NCBI GenBank assembly: GCA_036495225.1
Contig: DASXNG010000054.1
Span: 1,633-65,632, forward strand
DNA length: 64,000 nucleotides
Direction of reading: 5' to 3'
Source of the DNA: Galbitalea sp.
Lineage (GTDB): Bacteria > Actinomycetota > Actinomycetes > Actinomycetales > Microbacteriaceae
Shown here: positions 27,768 to 36,166 of the stretch, piece by piece
Layout of the letters: each line of letters starts with the position of its first letter
Position numbering within the stretch: position 1 is the first letter of the stretch
The notes under the pieces: model-generated
What the model was told of the DNA's origin: nothing
What the model saw: the letters and a program-made list of their open reading frames with translations, nothing else
The model's database searches: none
Program-made: the position numbers and the translations under genes

Positions 27768-28286
27768 CTAGGACCAGAACTCGAAGCCCTCATCGACCTC
27801 GCGGCCCGCGAGAAGGTCTGGCAGGAACTCGGGCAGTCGTCCGGGATAGAAGCGCTCCTTGCTCGCGATGATCTCGGCGACGGGTGTCCAGCGAAAGTCG
27901 GTGTAGTCCTCGAGCTCGTAGTCCAGCCGTTCCGACTCGTCGACGGCCTGGGCAACGGCGTCAATCCGCACCAGCGCGATGACTTCGTGTTGGAGTCTTC
28001 TGGTGTCTCGATGCACGAACGTCGCCGTGCGCTTCCAGGTCGGCGGCCCCACCCGTTCTGGCGGGATCCGGATGCCCGTCTCCTCACGCAGTTCGCGCAC
28101 GGCGGCTTCGACGTAGGTCTCACCGGGTTCGAGTCCGCCGCCTGGAAGCTCCCACCAGTGCCCGACCTCGGGCAGCGTTGGGTTGTTGGTCCAGAACAGC
28201 AGCACGTCGCCGTTGGCATCCTGGACGACGACCCGTACGACGTCGCGCTCGATGATGGGTCGGTCAGTCGGCAGGTCGTAGTCCAC
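27768..28286 (-). CDS. NUDIX hydrolase
   Basis: Nudix box GGGLEPGETYVEAAVRELREETG. Confidence 0.85.
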   Translation of the reverse strand: MDYDLPTDRPIIERDVVRVVVQDANGDVLLFWTNNPTLPEVGHWWELPGGGLEPGETYVEAAVRELREETGIRIPPERVGPPTWKRTATFVHRDTRRLQHEVIALVRIDAVAQAVDESERLDYELEDYTDFRWTPVAEIIASKERFYPGRLPEFLPDLLAGREVDEGFEFWS

Positions 28287-28302
28287 GGTACAAGTGTGCC
28301 CG

Positions 28303-28674
28303 CTAGGCCGGTCCGGCCAAGCCGACGAGGTTGCCTTCCGGATCCCGGAAGTGGGCGACGACCAGCAACCCGTTCGGGTTCTTTTCAGGGCCCATGACGC
28401 GCGTGCCGCCGAGGCTCACCGCCACTTCCAGAGCGGCCGCGACATCCGGCACGCTGACATAGAAGATCGTGTGGGTCGGATACCCGGGTCCACCTCCGAC
28501 GCCGCCAGCGATGCCTTCTGCGTTGTTGATGAATCCGTAGTTGTCTGCTTCAGACACGGAAGGCGCGACGGGGGAGTTCCTGTCGTATTCCCAGCCGAAA
28601 AGCGCGGCGTAATAAGCGCGCAGGTTCGTAGGATCTTGACCGGAAACTTCGAAATGAACTACGGGGTTGCCCAT
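28303..28674 (-). CDS. VOC (glyoxalase/bleomycin-resistance/dioxygenase) family protein
   Basis: 123 aa: MGNPVVHFEVSGQDP...FRDPEGNLVGL. Confidence 0.8.
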   Translation of the reverse strand: MGNPVVHFEVSGQDPTNLRAYYAALFGWEYDRNSPVAPSVSEADNYGFINNAEGIAGGVGGGPGYPTHTIFYVSVPDVAAALEVAVSLGGTRVMGPEKNPNGLLVVAHFRDPEGNLVGLAGPA

Positions 28675-28695
28675 GAACGCCTCCTGACTTAGACG

Positions 28696-29490
28696 CTACC
28701 GGTGTAACGCCCGTTCGATGACGTCCGCGACGGCCGACATTCCGGCGCGATTCGGGTGATACGGGGCTCCACTGCGGCCGAAAAGCTCGAATCGACGTGT
28801 CCAAGGCTCCGGCGCCCACGCGTGATGGTTGGCCGCGGCATCCGAAACTCGAACGAAGAGGCACCCCTCCACCTCGGCCAGCCCTGCCGTCAGTGTCGAG
28901 AGTCTGGCGTACGTTCCGCGCCCCCAATCGGCCAGGTCGCGTGGGAAGGATCCGAGGTCGACCGAGGTGTCGCTGGGGAGAACCGGCAGGTACTCGACCA
29001 ACGCGACTGTCGCTCCAGGTGCACGGTGGTGAACCTCGCGGACGAGCGCGGCGAAGTCGTCATGGAGAGCACCGAACTTGGAATTCGTGACGTCCTGGCT
29101 GTCGAAGGAGCGCGCGAGTCGCCGCACTCCGGGAAGTGCGGAGATCGGGAACGGCGCGGAGCCGCTCGTGATTCGCGGGATGTACCCGACATCGTTTCCG
29201 CCGCCGGTGATGGTGACAAACCGCGCATCCGACGTGACAGCGTCGATCTGTGGTGGCTCGCCGTTGGACGACCCGTGCAGCAGCTCAGCCACCGTCGCAC
29301 CGGAATAGGTCACATCGCGCAGATCAAGCTGCAGGCGCTCGGCGAGCACGTGCGCGTAGTTGACGGACGATCGCCCCGCTCGTTTGGGGCTGCCAGCGGC
29401 GCGCTTGCCCAGACCTGGTCCAGCCGCGTACGAGCTGCCCATCGCGACGTATCGATCACCGGGCAGCACCTGCACCATGTCATCCACCAT
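28696..29490 (-). CDS. SGNH/GDSL family hydrolase
   Basis: Internal start MVDDMVQVLPGDRYVAMGSSYAAGPG (block I Ser), GGNDVGY block. The longer ORF to 29601 would overlap the upstream permease gene. Confidence 0.7.
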   Translation of the reverse strand: MVDDMVQVLPGDRYVAMGSSYAAGPGLGKRAAGSPKRAGRSSVNYAHVLAERLQLDLRDVTYSGATVAELLHGSSNGEPPQIDAVTSDARFVTITGGGNDVGYIPRITSGSAPFPISALPGVRRLARSFDSQDVTNSKFGALHDDFAALVREVHHRAPGATVALVEYLPVLPSDTSVDLGSFPRDLADWGRGTYARLSTLTAGLAEVEGCLFVRVSDAAANHHAWAPEPWTRRFELFGRSGAPYHPNRAGMSAVADVIERALHR

Positions 29491-29542
29491 ATGCTCCGGG
29501 TGCTCACATACCCTGCAGGTGTGGGATTCACGCGAGCCGAAC

Positions 29543-30379
29543 TTAGCGCACGGACCTGCGCTCGTAGAGCACCATCGACCAGATGTAGCCGCCGACCGCA
29601 AGGACGACGCTCCAGCCGATGGCGAGTACGACGTTCCAGCCGAGCGGGGTTCCGAGGAGCAAGCCTCTGATCGCCTCGATGAAGGGGGTGAATGGCTGGT
29701 ATTCCGCGAACCACTGCAACCACTGCGGCATCGAGTCGGTGGGCACGAAACCGCTGCCCAGCAAGGGGAGCAGCAGCAGGATGAGCGGCAGGTTGCTCGC
29801 TGACTCGACCGACTTGGCCTGCATCCCCATCGCCACGGCCAACCAGCTGACCGCGAAGGAAATCAACGCGATGATGCCGAAGGCCGCGAGCCAGTCGATG
29901 GGAGGTGTCGTCGGACGGAACCCGATCGCAACTCCGACACCGAACACGACGACGACCGCAAGGATCGCCTGGATCGTGTTGCCGAGCACATGCCCGGCGA
30001 GCACCGCTGCGCGCGAGATTGCCATCGTGCGGAACCGAGCGGTGATGCCCTCCTTCATGTCCATGGCGACAGTTGTCGCGGCGCCACCGGCCGTGCCAGC
30101 GATTGTGATGATGAGGATGCCCGGCATGACGTACGCAAGATAGGCCGCGCGTCCGCCTTCCGCGTCCACGCCCGGCAGGCCGGCGCCGAGCGTGCCGCCG
30201 AAGACGAACACGAACAGCAGCAGGAACACGACGGGGCCGCCGATGACGAAAATCGTCAGCTCCGGGTAACGGATGATGTGAAGCAGGTTTCGCCGCAGCA
30301 TCGTGATCGCGTCGGAGAAAACGTGCGACTGCCTGGCGCCGACCCGGGTTGTCTGGCTCGTGGCGATGATGGAGGTCAT
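29543..30379 (-). CDS. ABC-2 type transporter permease (DrrB-like)
   Basis: 278 aa, six hydrophobic segments, 4-nt overlap with the ATPase gene. Confidence 0.78.
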   Translation of the reverse strand: MTSIIATSQTTRVGARQSHVFSDAITMLRRNLLHIIRYPELTIFVIGGPVVFLLLFVFVFGGTLGAGLPGVDAEGGRAAYLAYVMPGILIITIAGTAGGAATTVAMDMKEGITARFRTMAISRAAVLAGHVLGNTIQAILAVVVVFGVGVAIGFRPTTPPIDWLAAFGIIALISFAVSWLAVAMGMQAKSVESASNLPLILLLLPLLGSGFVPTDSMPQWLQWFAEYQPFTPFIEAIRGLLLGTPLGWNVVLAIGWSVVLAVGGYIWSMVLYERRSVR

Positions 30380-31320
30380 GACTCTGTTCCTTTGGTGTCG
30401 ACCCGGCCGGTGAGAGCGAAAAACACGTCATCGAGATCCGGGGTGTGGATGCTGAGGTCTTCGACCTCGAGTTTTTGTGCGTCGAGCTGGTCCAGCACTG
30501 TACGCAGCGCGCGTACTCCGCCGTCGCTCGGGACGGTGAGCGTGAGGGCCGCATCATCCCGAACCGACTCGTCGAGCAGCCGTGACGCGGTGTCGAGCGC
30601 CGCCGCAGTGGTGAAGCGGAGTTGGACATGCCCACCGGGCACGAGGCGCTTCAGCTCGTCCGGGGTGCCGTCGGCGACGATGCGGCCGTCGTCGAGCACC
30701 GCGATGCGATCCGCGAGTTCGTCCGCCTCGTCGAGGTACTGCGTCGTGAGCAGCACGGTCGTGCCGTTGGCGACGATGCCTCGCACGATGTCCCACATGG
30801 TGCGGCGACTGCGCGGGTCGAGACCCGTCGTCGGCTCGTCGAGGAAGATCACGCTCGGCGTGTCAACGAGTGTCATCGCCAGGTCGAGGCGGCGCTGCAT
30901 CCCGCCCGAGTAGGTCGAGAGTGGCTTGCGCGCGGCCTCGACCAGGTCGAACTGCTCGAGCAACTCGGTGGTGCGCGTCCGCGTTCGCTTCGCGCCGAGG
31001 TGGCGCAACCGCGCCATCAGTAGGAGGTTCTCCTCGCCGGTGAGCAGCTTGTCGACTGCGGAGAACTGGCCAGTGAGACCGATGACGGCGCGCACGCCGT
31101 CCGGATCCTCGACGACGTCGCATCCGTTCACCGATGCCGTACCGCCATCCGGCCGCACGAGCGTTGCCAGGATGTTCACGGCCGTCGTCTTACCAGCGCC
31201 GTTCGGGCCGAGCAGGGCGGTGACGGTGCCGGCGTTCACGGTGAGGTCGACATCGTCGAGCACGAGTTTTTCCCCGTACGACTTGCGCAGCCCGTGGAGC
31301 TCGATTGCTGGTGTAGTCAT
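30376..31320 (-). CDS. ABC transporter ATP-binding protein (DrrA-like)
   Basis: Start MTTPAIELHGLRKSYG is preceded by AGGAAGGA. Walker A GPNGAGKTT, signature YSGGMQRRL, Walker B IFLDEPT. Confidence 0.88.
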   Translation of the reverse strand: MTTPAIELHGLRKSYGEKLVLDDVDLTVNAGTVTALLGPNGAGKTTAVNILATLVRPDGGTASVNGCDVVEDPDGVRAVIGLTGQFSAVDKLLTGEENLLLMARLRHLGAKRTRTRTTELLEQFDLVEAARKPLSTYSGGMQRRLDLAMTLVDTPSVIFLDEPTTGLDPRSRRTMWDIVRGIVANGTTVLLTTQYLDEADELADRIAVLDDGRIVADGTPDELKRLVPGGHVQLRFTTAAALDTASRLLDESVRDDAALTLTVPSDGGVRALRTVLDQLDAQKLEVEDLSIHTPDLDDVFFALTGRVDTKGTES

Positions 31321-31366
31321 GAGTTGTTCCTTCCTATTGATTGCTTCGCTTGTTTGGCTGCTTGGT

Positions 31367-32212
31367 TCACTCAGCGCGATGGATGTTGATGTCGCCCCAC
31401 TGCGTGCGCGCACGCACGGCGACCGAGTCGTCCGCGGTCTCGGGAGCGCTGTCGCCGGCGAGGTCGTTGCGAACGCGGCCCTCCTTCGACGAGAGGTCGA
31501 GCCACGCGGGGACGCCGGCGCGAACGCCGATGTTCACTTGGCCATAGCCGGTCTCGACCTCGATGGACCCGCTCGAAACTTCGCCGAGCTCGATGCTCCC
31601 GTACGCGGTTTTCGCGACAACGGAGGCGAGCGCCTTCGCGATCTCCAGTTCGCCATAGGAGAGCTTCGCGTCGAGCTCGCCACCAACTTCGCCGACACGG
31701 ATGGCGCCGTGCGACGACTTCAGGATTGCGTCACCGGTGACTGTGCCGATGCGGATCTGGCCGTAGTCCGCCGTGATTTCGACTCCGCCGTCTGCGGTGC
31801 CGACGATCGCGTTGCCGTGCGAGACCCGCATCCACAGATCGCCGGTCAGTTCGACCTCTACCGCGCCAAGCGAGCTCTTCACGCGAGTGGCGCCCAGACG
31901 TCCGACTGTGTGGACGCCGCCGACTCCGGCTTCAGCGGTGAGACGTGAGCCCGCCGGAAGTTCGACCGTCACGTCAACCGACTCGGTGGGACCAATCCAG
32001 CTGATCCTGGGCTTTGGACCCACGACGGTGACGCGTTCGCCGTCGAACTCGACCCTGGTCTCCTCCGCTCCTCGGCGATCGACCGCCTTGGTCGGATTGG
32101 TGGGGGAGACGGTGACGATCGTGTCTGTTCGATCGCTCGCGATGACGTCGATTCCTCCGACCTGCAGGTTGATGGCGAGATCGATGGGCGTTGGTGTGCT
32201 GTACGTGGGCAT
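31367..32212 (-). CDS. DUF4097-like beta-strand repeat protein
   Basis: 281 aa of repeated short beta-strand units (G.I.V/ G.V.I pattern), as in the DUF4097 putative adhesin family. Confidence 0.6.
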   Translation of the reverse strand: MPTYSTPTPIDLAINLQVGGIDVIASDRTDTIVTVSPTNPTKAVDRRGAEETRVEFDGERVTVVGPKPRISWIGPTESVDVTVELPAGSRLTAEAGVGGVHTVGRLGATRVKSSLGAVEVELTGDLWMRVSHGNAIVGTADGGVEITADYGQIRIGTVTGDAILKSSHGAIRVGEVGGELDAKLSYGELEIAKALASVVAKTAYGSIELGEVSSGSIEVETGYGQVNIGVRAGVPAWLDLSSKEGRVRNDLAGDSAPETADDSVAVRARTQWGDINIHRAE

Positions 32213-32307
32213 GCTCGCGCTTCCCTTTCTATGGGCGTGTTTGTCCGCCCGCGCGGCTCGGCGCGGTTGGTGGATGTTGTGGGCTCTTGTGCCCGCTGGG
32301 ACTGCGT

Positions 32308-32796
32308 CTAGCGCGCCCAGCCTGCGAAGTTGTCGCCGGCGCGCAGCGAGCGCTGTGTGGATCTTCGTTGTTTCGGTTGAAGAGAGGCCGCGATCGCGCG
32401 GACCAGCCAGGTGTTCACGGACAGGCCGTCGGCCGCGGCCGCTTCATCCACGCGCGCCTTGAGGGCGTCCGGGAGTCGGAGTGTCGTGCGCGAGGTGCTC
32501 GCATCGTCGAGGTCGACGGTCGCGATCGGGTGGTCATCAGACTCGAGCTCTGGGTTCGGCTGGGTGACGACGAACTCGATCTCTCGACCGCGCAGCCGCA
32601 GGTCGACAGACCCTGGGGCAAGGTCGCGAGTGATTTCGCCGGCCGCAGCAGACAGTGCATCGAGCAGCACGAGGCGAGTTGCGGCATCCAGCCCCGTGAC
32701 GATTCGCTCGGCAACCGCGCGGGTGTCTTCCGCGCCGTTCGCGGCGGTGTCCACGAGCTGGCGCTGCAGGTCGCTGACGTACTGTCCAAGTTCCAT
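32308..32796 (-). CDS. protein with a C-terminal ribbon-helix-helix (Arc/HicB-antitoxin-like) DNA-binding domain
   Basis: Start MELGQYVSDLQRQL. C-terminal TTLRLPDALKARVDEAAAADGLSVNTWLVRAIAASL. Confidence 0.65.
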   Translation of the reverse strand: MELGQYVSDLQRQLVDTAANGAEDTRAVAERIVTGLDAATRLVLLDALSAAAGEITRDLAPGSVDLRLRGREIEFVVTQPNPELESDDHPIATVDLDDASTSRTTLRLPDALKARVDEAAAADGLSVNTWLVRAIAASLQPKQRRSTQRSLRAGDNFAGWAR

Positions 32797-32806
32797 GTCA
32801 CCATAA

Positions 32807-32846
32807 TGACACCACAGTGGTGTCACGTCAAGTCTTCGTGGTGTCA
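32807..32846. promoter_or_regulatory. operator candidate: 19-bp palindrome plus an extra half-site
   Basis: TGACACCACaGTGGTGTCA (32807-32825), 11 nt upstream of the RHH-protein start. A third GTGGTGTCA lies at 32838-32846. Confidence 0.5.
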
Positions 32847-32934
32847 CGCTCGTTTTTGGCTGCGCTTTGGCGTGTCGCCCAGCGTGGACTTACAGTTGCA
32901 CTTTCGAAGATATGTTCGAGAGGCGGCGAGCGAG

Positions 32935-33192
32935 ATGCTGGCGACGGATGCAGCGGTGTGGCTCGAATTGGACGAGCGCGGCACTCCCACGCGGTTGGTG
33001 TGGCGAGGCATCCCGTACCGCGTCAGCGATCAGCCAACGGTGCTCGAAATCGAGCTGCCGATCCTCACGCATCCGCCGGCCATCGACGGCTGGCGCTTCC
33101 AGGCCACCGACGACAGCGGCGACTCGCGAGTGTTCGACGTCATCCGAATCGACGGGCGGGCGGAGTGGCGCTTGGTGCAGACGTACGTCTAG
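32935..33192 (+). CDS. hypothetical small protein (85 aa)
   Basis: ATG-initiated ORF (MLATDAAVWLELDERGTPTRLVWRGIPYRV...) divergent from the RHH gene, with GC3-rich codon usage. No recognised motif. Confidence 0.4.
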   Translation: MLATDAAVWLELDERGTPTRLVWRGIPYRVSDQPTVLEIELPILTHPPAIDGWRFQATDDSGDSRVFDVIRIDGRAEWRLVQTYV

Positions 33193-33212
33193 TCGCGTTG
33201 CGTGAGCGGAAA

Positions 33213-33286
33213 TGGAGGGGACGACGGGAATCGAACCCGCGTAATCAGTTTGGAAGACTGAGGCTCTACCATTGAGCTACGTCCCC
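33213..33286 (-). tRNA. tRNA-Gly (anticodon UCC), CCA encoded
   Basis: The reverse complement folds as a cloverleaf: GGGGACG-TA-GCTC-AATGGTA-GAGC-C-TCAGT-CTTCCAA-ACTGA-TTAC-GCGGG-TTCGATT-CCCGT-CGTCCCC-T-CCA. Confidence 0.9.
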
Positions 33287-33340
33287 ACAGGGCGACCAAG
33301 TCGCCTGTGTGCGTCGATCACTCTACCGGAACATTTCTGC

Positions 33341-33374
33341 GCGTCGCCTCTCGACAAGCGTCGCCTCTCGACAA
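33341..33374. repeat. perfect 17-bp tandem duplication upstream of tRNA-Gly
   Basis: gcgtcgcctctcgacaa occurs twice with no spacer. Confidence 0.85.
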
Positions 33375-33470
33375 ACTGAGCCCTTGTTGGCGAAGCGAGC
33401 CGAATAACGACCACCGGGCCAACAAACCCGCAGATTGGTTACGCCGTGAGCTCGGCGAGAGCCGATGCAG

Positions 33471-33746
33471 CTACTCCTGCGGCCAGTCCCACTTGCCGCC
33501 CGGCTGATCCGCCATGCCGGGAGCCAGATCCTCGTGCGATGGACGCGGCGAGCGGTCGGGCATATAGACGTTCGTCGTCCAGTCCTCGCCGTCCCACCAG
33601 CGCAATTGGAACGGCACACGCGGGTCGGCATACCAACCAGCTGTGGGCGTCGTTGTCTCTGAGTCCGCCAAGTCGATTCCCCTTCTACGACCGGGTTGCC
33701 TTTCCGACGTTAGTTGGTGAAAACCGTTCGGGGCCAGACCCCACAA
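33471..33746 (-). CDS. DUF2510-like small protein (start uncertain)
   Basis: Contains GWYADPRVPFQLRWWDGEDWTTN, a paralogous motif to 26455-26643. Confidence 0.5.
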   Translation of the reverse strand: MWGLAPNGFHQLTSERQPGRRRGIDLADSETTTPTAGWYADPRVPFQLRWWDGEDWTTNVYMPDRSPRPSHEDLAPGMADQPGGKWDWPQE

Positions 33747-33835
33747 CGGGTGGAGCGTGATCAGCTAGACTTGCCGAGGTCAATTTTCGGGTGACGTGTA
33801 TGTCCCCTTCGAGCTGGCTGTACGGCAAGTGATCC

Positions 33836-33909
33836 CGGGGCGTAGCTCAGCTTGGTAGAGCGCTCGGTTTGGGACCGAGAGGTCGCAGGTTCGAATCCTG
33901 TCGCCCCAA
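33836..33909 (+). tRNA. tRNA-Pro (anticodon UGG), CCA not encoded
   Basis: CGGGGCG-TA-GCTC-AGCTTGGTA-GAGC-G-CTCGG-TTTGGGA-CCGAG-AGGTC-GCAGG-TTCGAAT-CCTGT-CGCCCCA-A. Position 1:72 reads as a C:A mismatch. Confidence 0.85.
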
Positions 33910-33947
33910 CACAGCACGACAATCAAGAGCAATCAGGAGAACCACAA

Positions 33948-35327
33948 GTGAAGACCACGGTTGAGAAGCTGAGCCCGACCCGCGCGAAGCTGACCATCGC
34001 AGTTACGCCGGAAGAGCTGAAACCCAGCATCGAGCACGCGTACAGTCACATCGCCGAGTCCGTCAACATCCCCGGCTTCCGCAAGGGCAAGGTCCCTCCG
34101 CAGCTCATCGACCAGCGCGTGGGCCGCGGCGAGGTTCTGAACCACGCGGTCAGCGATGGCCTGGACAAGTTCTACCGCCAGGCCGTACAGGACGAGAAGA
34201 TCCGCGCGCTCGGTCGTCCGGAAGCCGACATCCTGACGCTTCCCGACGTGAAGGACTTCAGCGGCGACCTCGTCGTCACCGTCGAGGTGGATGTTCGCCC
34301 AGACTTCGCCATCCCGGACTTCGAGGGCCTCACGCTCACCGTCGACCCGATCACCGTTTCGGCGGACGACGTGCAGGACGAGCTCGATGCTCTCCGTAGC
34401 CGCTTCGGCACCCTGGTCACCGTCGACCGTCCGGCCAAGGTCGGCGACTTCGCACAGCTCGACCTCGTTGCTAAGATCGGCGACGAAGAGGTCGACACGG
34501 CAAACAACATCAGCTACGAGATCGGCTCAGCTGAACTCATCGAGGGCATCGACGAGGCGCTCGAGTCTCTCACCGCGGGTGAGACCACGACGTTCGAGTC
34601 GACACTCGTCGGCGGCGACAACGCCGGAGAGAAGGCCCTTATCGAGGTCACCCTTCTCGCGGTCAAGGAGCGCGAGCTTCCCGAAGCCGACGACGACTTC
34701 GCTCAGATCGCCAGCCAGTTCGACACCATCAAAGAGCTGAAGGCCGACATCAAGACGCAGGTCGAGAAGTCGAAGGAGTTTGGCCAGGTTTCGCAGGCCC
34801 GCGACCAGATCGTTGACGAGCTGACCAAGCTGGTCGACATCCCGGTTCCGCAGGCGCTCATCGACGACGAGGTGCACCGTCACCTCGAGAACGAGAACCG
34901 CCTCGAAGACGACGTGCACCGCGCAGAGGTCGCCGAGTCCAGCGAGAAGACGTTCCGCAGCCAGATCCTCATCGACGCGATTGCCGAGCAGATCGAGATC
35001 AAGGTCAGCCAGGACGAGCTCACCCAGTACCTCATCCAGGCCTCGGCCCAGTACGGCATGGAGCCGGGCGAGTTCATCAAGGTGCTCGACGAGAACGGCC
35101 AGATCCCGGCCATGATCGGCGAGGTCGCCCGCGGCAAGACGCTGGCGTACATCCTCGGCAAGGCGAACGTCGTGGACACCAAGGGCAAGAAGGTGGATGT
35201 CAGCGAGTACACGCAGCTGCCTGAGGAGTCAGAGGATGACTTCGACACGAGCGCTGCGAGCGACCTGCTCGCCGAGGCGAACGCGCCGCACGATCATGAC
35301 CACGACCACGAGGGTCACGACCACTAG
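33948..35327 (+). CDS. tig: trigger factor
   Basis: GTG at 33948 is preceded by [30 protein letters not shown]... is the canonical Tig N-terminus with the GFRKGKVP motif. The longer ORF start at 33852 lies inside tRNA-Pro. Confidence 0.92.
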   Translation: MKTTVEKLSPTRAKLTIAVTPEELKPSIEHAYSHIAESVNIPGFRKGKVPPQLIDQRVGRGEVLNHAVSDGLDKFYRQAVQDEKIRALGRPEADILTLPDVKDFSGDLVVTVEVDVRPDFAIPDFEGLTLTVDPITVSADDVQDELDALRSRFGTLVTVDRPAKVGDFAQLDLVAKIGDEEVDTANNISYEIGSAELIEGIDEALESLTAGETTTFESTLVGGDNAGEKALIEVTLLAVKERELPEADDDFAQIASQFDTIKELKADIKTQVEKSKEFGQVSQARDQIVDELTKLVDIPVPQALIDDEVHRHLENENRLEDDVHRAEVAESSEKTFRSQILIDAIAEQIEIKVSQDELTQYLIQASAQYGMEPGEFIKVLDENGQIPAMIGEVARGKTLAYILGKANVVDTKGKKVDVSEYTQLPEESEDDFDTSAASDLLAEANAPHDHDHDHEGHDH

Positions 35328-35334
35328 TTCTTAT

Positions 35335-35448
35335 GTAGTTGGTTGAGTAGCGCCTGCCGAAGGCAGTCGCGTAGCGAAACCTGGTTGAGCCCGCTCAAGG
35401 GTTTCGCCACGCGTCGCGCCTGCGGCGCTGCGCTACTCAACCAACTAC
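35335..35448. repeat. short hairpin form of the TA-GTTGGTTGAGTAGCGC repeat family
   Basis: gtagttggttgagtagcgc-ctgccgaaggcag-tcgcgtagcgaaacc ... gtttcgccacgcg-tcgcgcctgcggcgctg-cgctactcaaccaactac. The right end contains the TAG stop (35445-35447, minus strand) of the TPR gene. Confidence 0.8.
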
Positions 35449-35918
35449 AGCTCCGCCGCGTAGTTCGCCATCGAACGCTTGAACCGCGTCATGTGCTGCG
35501 TCAGGGCAGTGATCGCGACTGCCGCCCCCTCGACGGGCCGACCGGCGCTGACGAGGATGAGCGCGCGGGTCGCGGCCGCGGCATCCGCGAGTTCGGTGTC
35601 GGCGGGCAGTCGATCGAGCACTGTGAGGGCCTCGTCGTAGCGACCGAGATTCCGCAGCGTGCTCGCGAACTGGATGTAGAGCTCGCTCAGGTGGGGCTCT
35701 CCAAGGCCAAGCTCGAGCGCGCGCTCGTAGTAGGGAACCGCTTCCGCCTCGAGGCCGATTGAATCACGCACGGAGCCGGCCTCATACGCGGCCTCAGCGT
35801 CGTCGACCGATCGCTCCGCCACCAGCGCATCCATGCGTTCGAGCAGGATGTTGTCGCCGAGCTCATCGGACTCGTCCCAGAGGGCGGCGACGCGGGCTGG
35901 CCATGAGGTGTCGGTCAT
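35445..35918 (-). CDS. tetratricopeptide-repeat-like small protein
   Basis: 157 aa helical-repeat sequence (AVPYYERALELGLGEPHLSELYIQFASTLRNLGRYDEALTVLD). Confidence 0.6.
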   Translation of the reverse strand: MTDTSWPARVAALWDESDELGDNILLERMDALVAERSVDDAEAAYEAGSVRDSIGLEAEAVPYYERALELGLGEPHLSELYIQFASTLRNLGRYDEALTVLDRLPADTELADAAAATRALILVSAGRPVEGAAVAITALTQHMTRFKRSMANYAAEL

Positions 35919-35938
35919 GATGCAACCGTACAGATCGA

Positions 35939-36069
35939 TAGTTGGTTGAGTAGCGCGCCGAAGGCACGCGTAGCGAAACCGGGTTGAGCGTGCTCAAGGG
36001 TTTCGCTACGCGTAACGCCTTCGGCGTTGCGCTACTCAACCAACTACATTGCGCTACTCAACCAACTAC
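35939..36069. repeat. short hairpin form of the repeat family with a duplicated 20-bp right terminus
   Basis: tagttggttgagtagcgc-gccgaaggcac-gcgtagcgaaacc ... tttcgctacgcg-taacgccttcggcgttg-cgctactcaaccaactaca, followed by tt and a second gcgctactcaaccaactaca. Confidence 0.8.
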
Positions 36070-36166
36070 ATTGACGCGCGCACTCTGCCGAGGGCGAACA
36101 GAGCAGAATCGCGACGAGTGCTCCGATAGATTCGACAGCAAGAGATAACTGAAACGGAGCGCGACA

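Noticed and set aside
33213-33909. Integrative element or prophage at the tRNA genes
   Set aside because: No integrase, excisionase or phage-like genes are nearby, and I did not see a duplicated tRNA 3' end (att-like). Flanking genes are core (tig, ABC exporter).
33852-33947. N-terminal extension of the trigger factor ORF
   Set aside because: It overlaps tRNA-Pro. The canonical Tig N-terminus starts at the GTG at 33948, which has a good Shine-Dalgarno sequence.
3064-36069. Possibility that the dispersed repeats are a CRISPR array
   Set aside because: The copies are palindromic, tens of kb apart, and not separated by regular short spacers. No cas genes are present.
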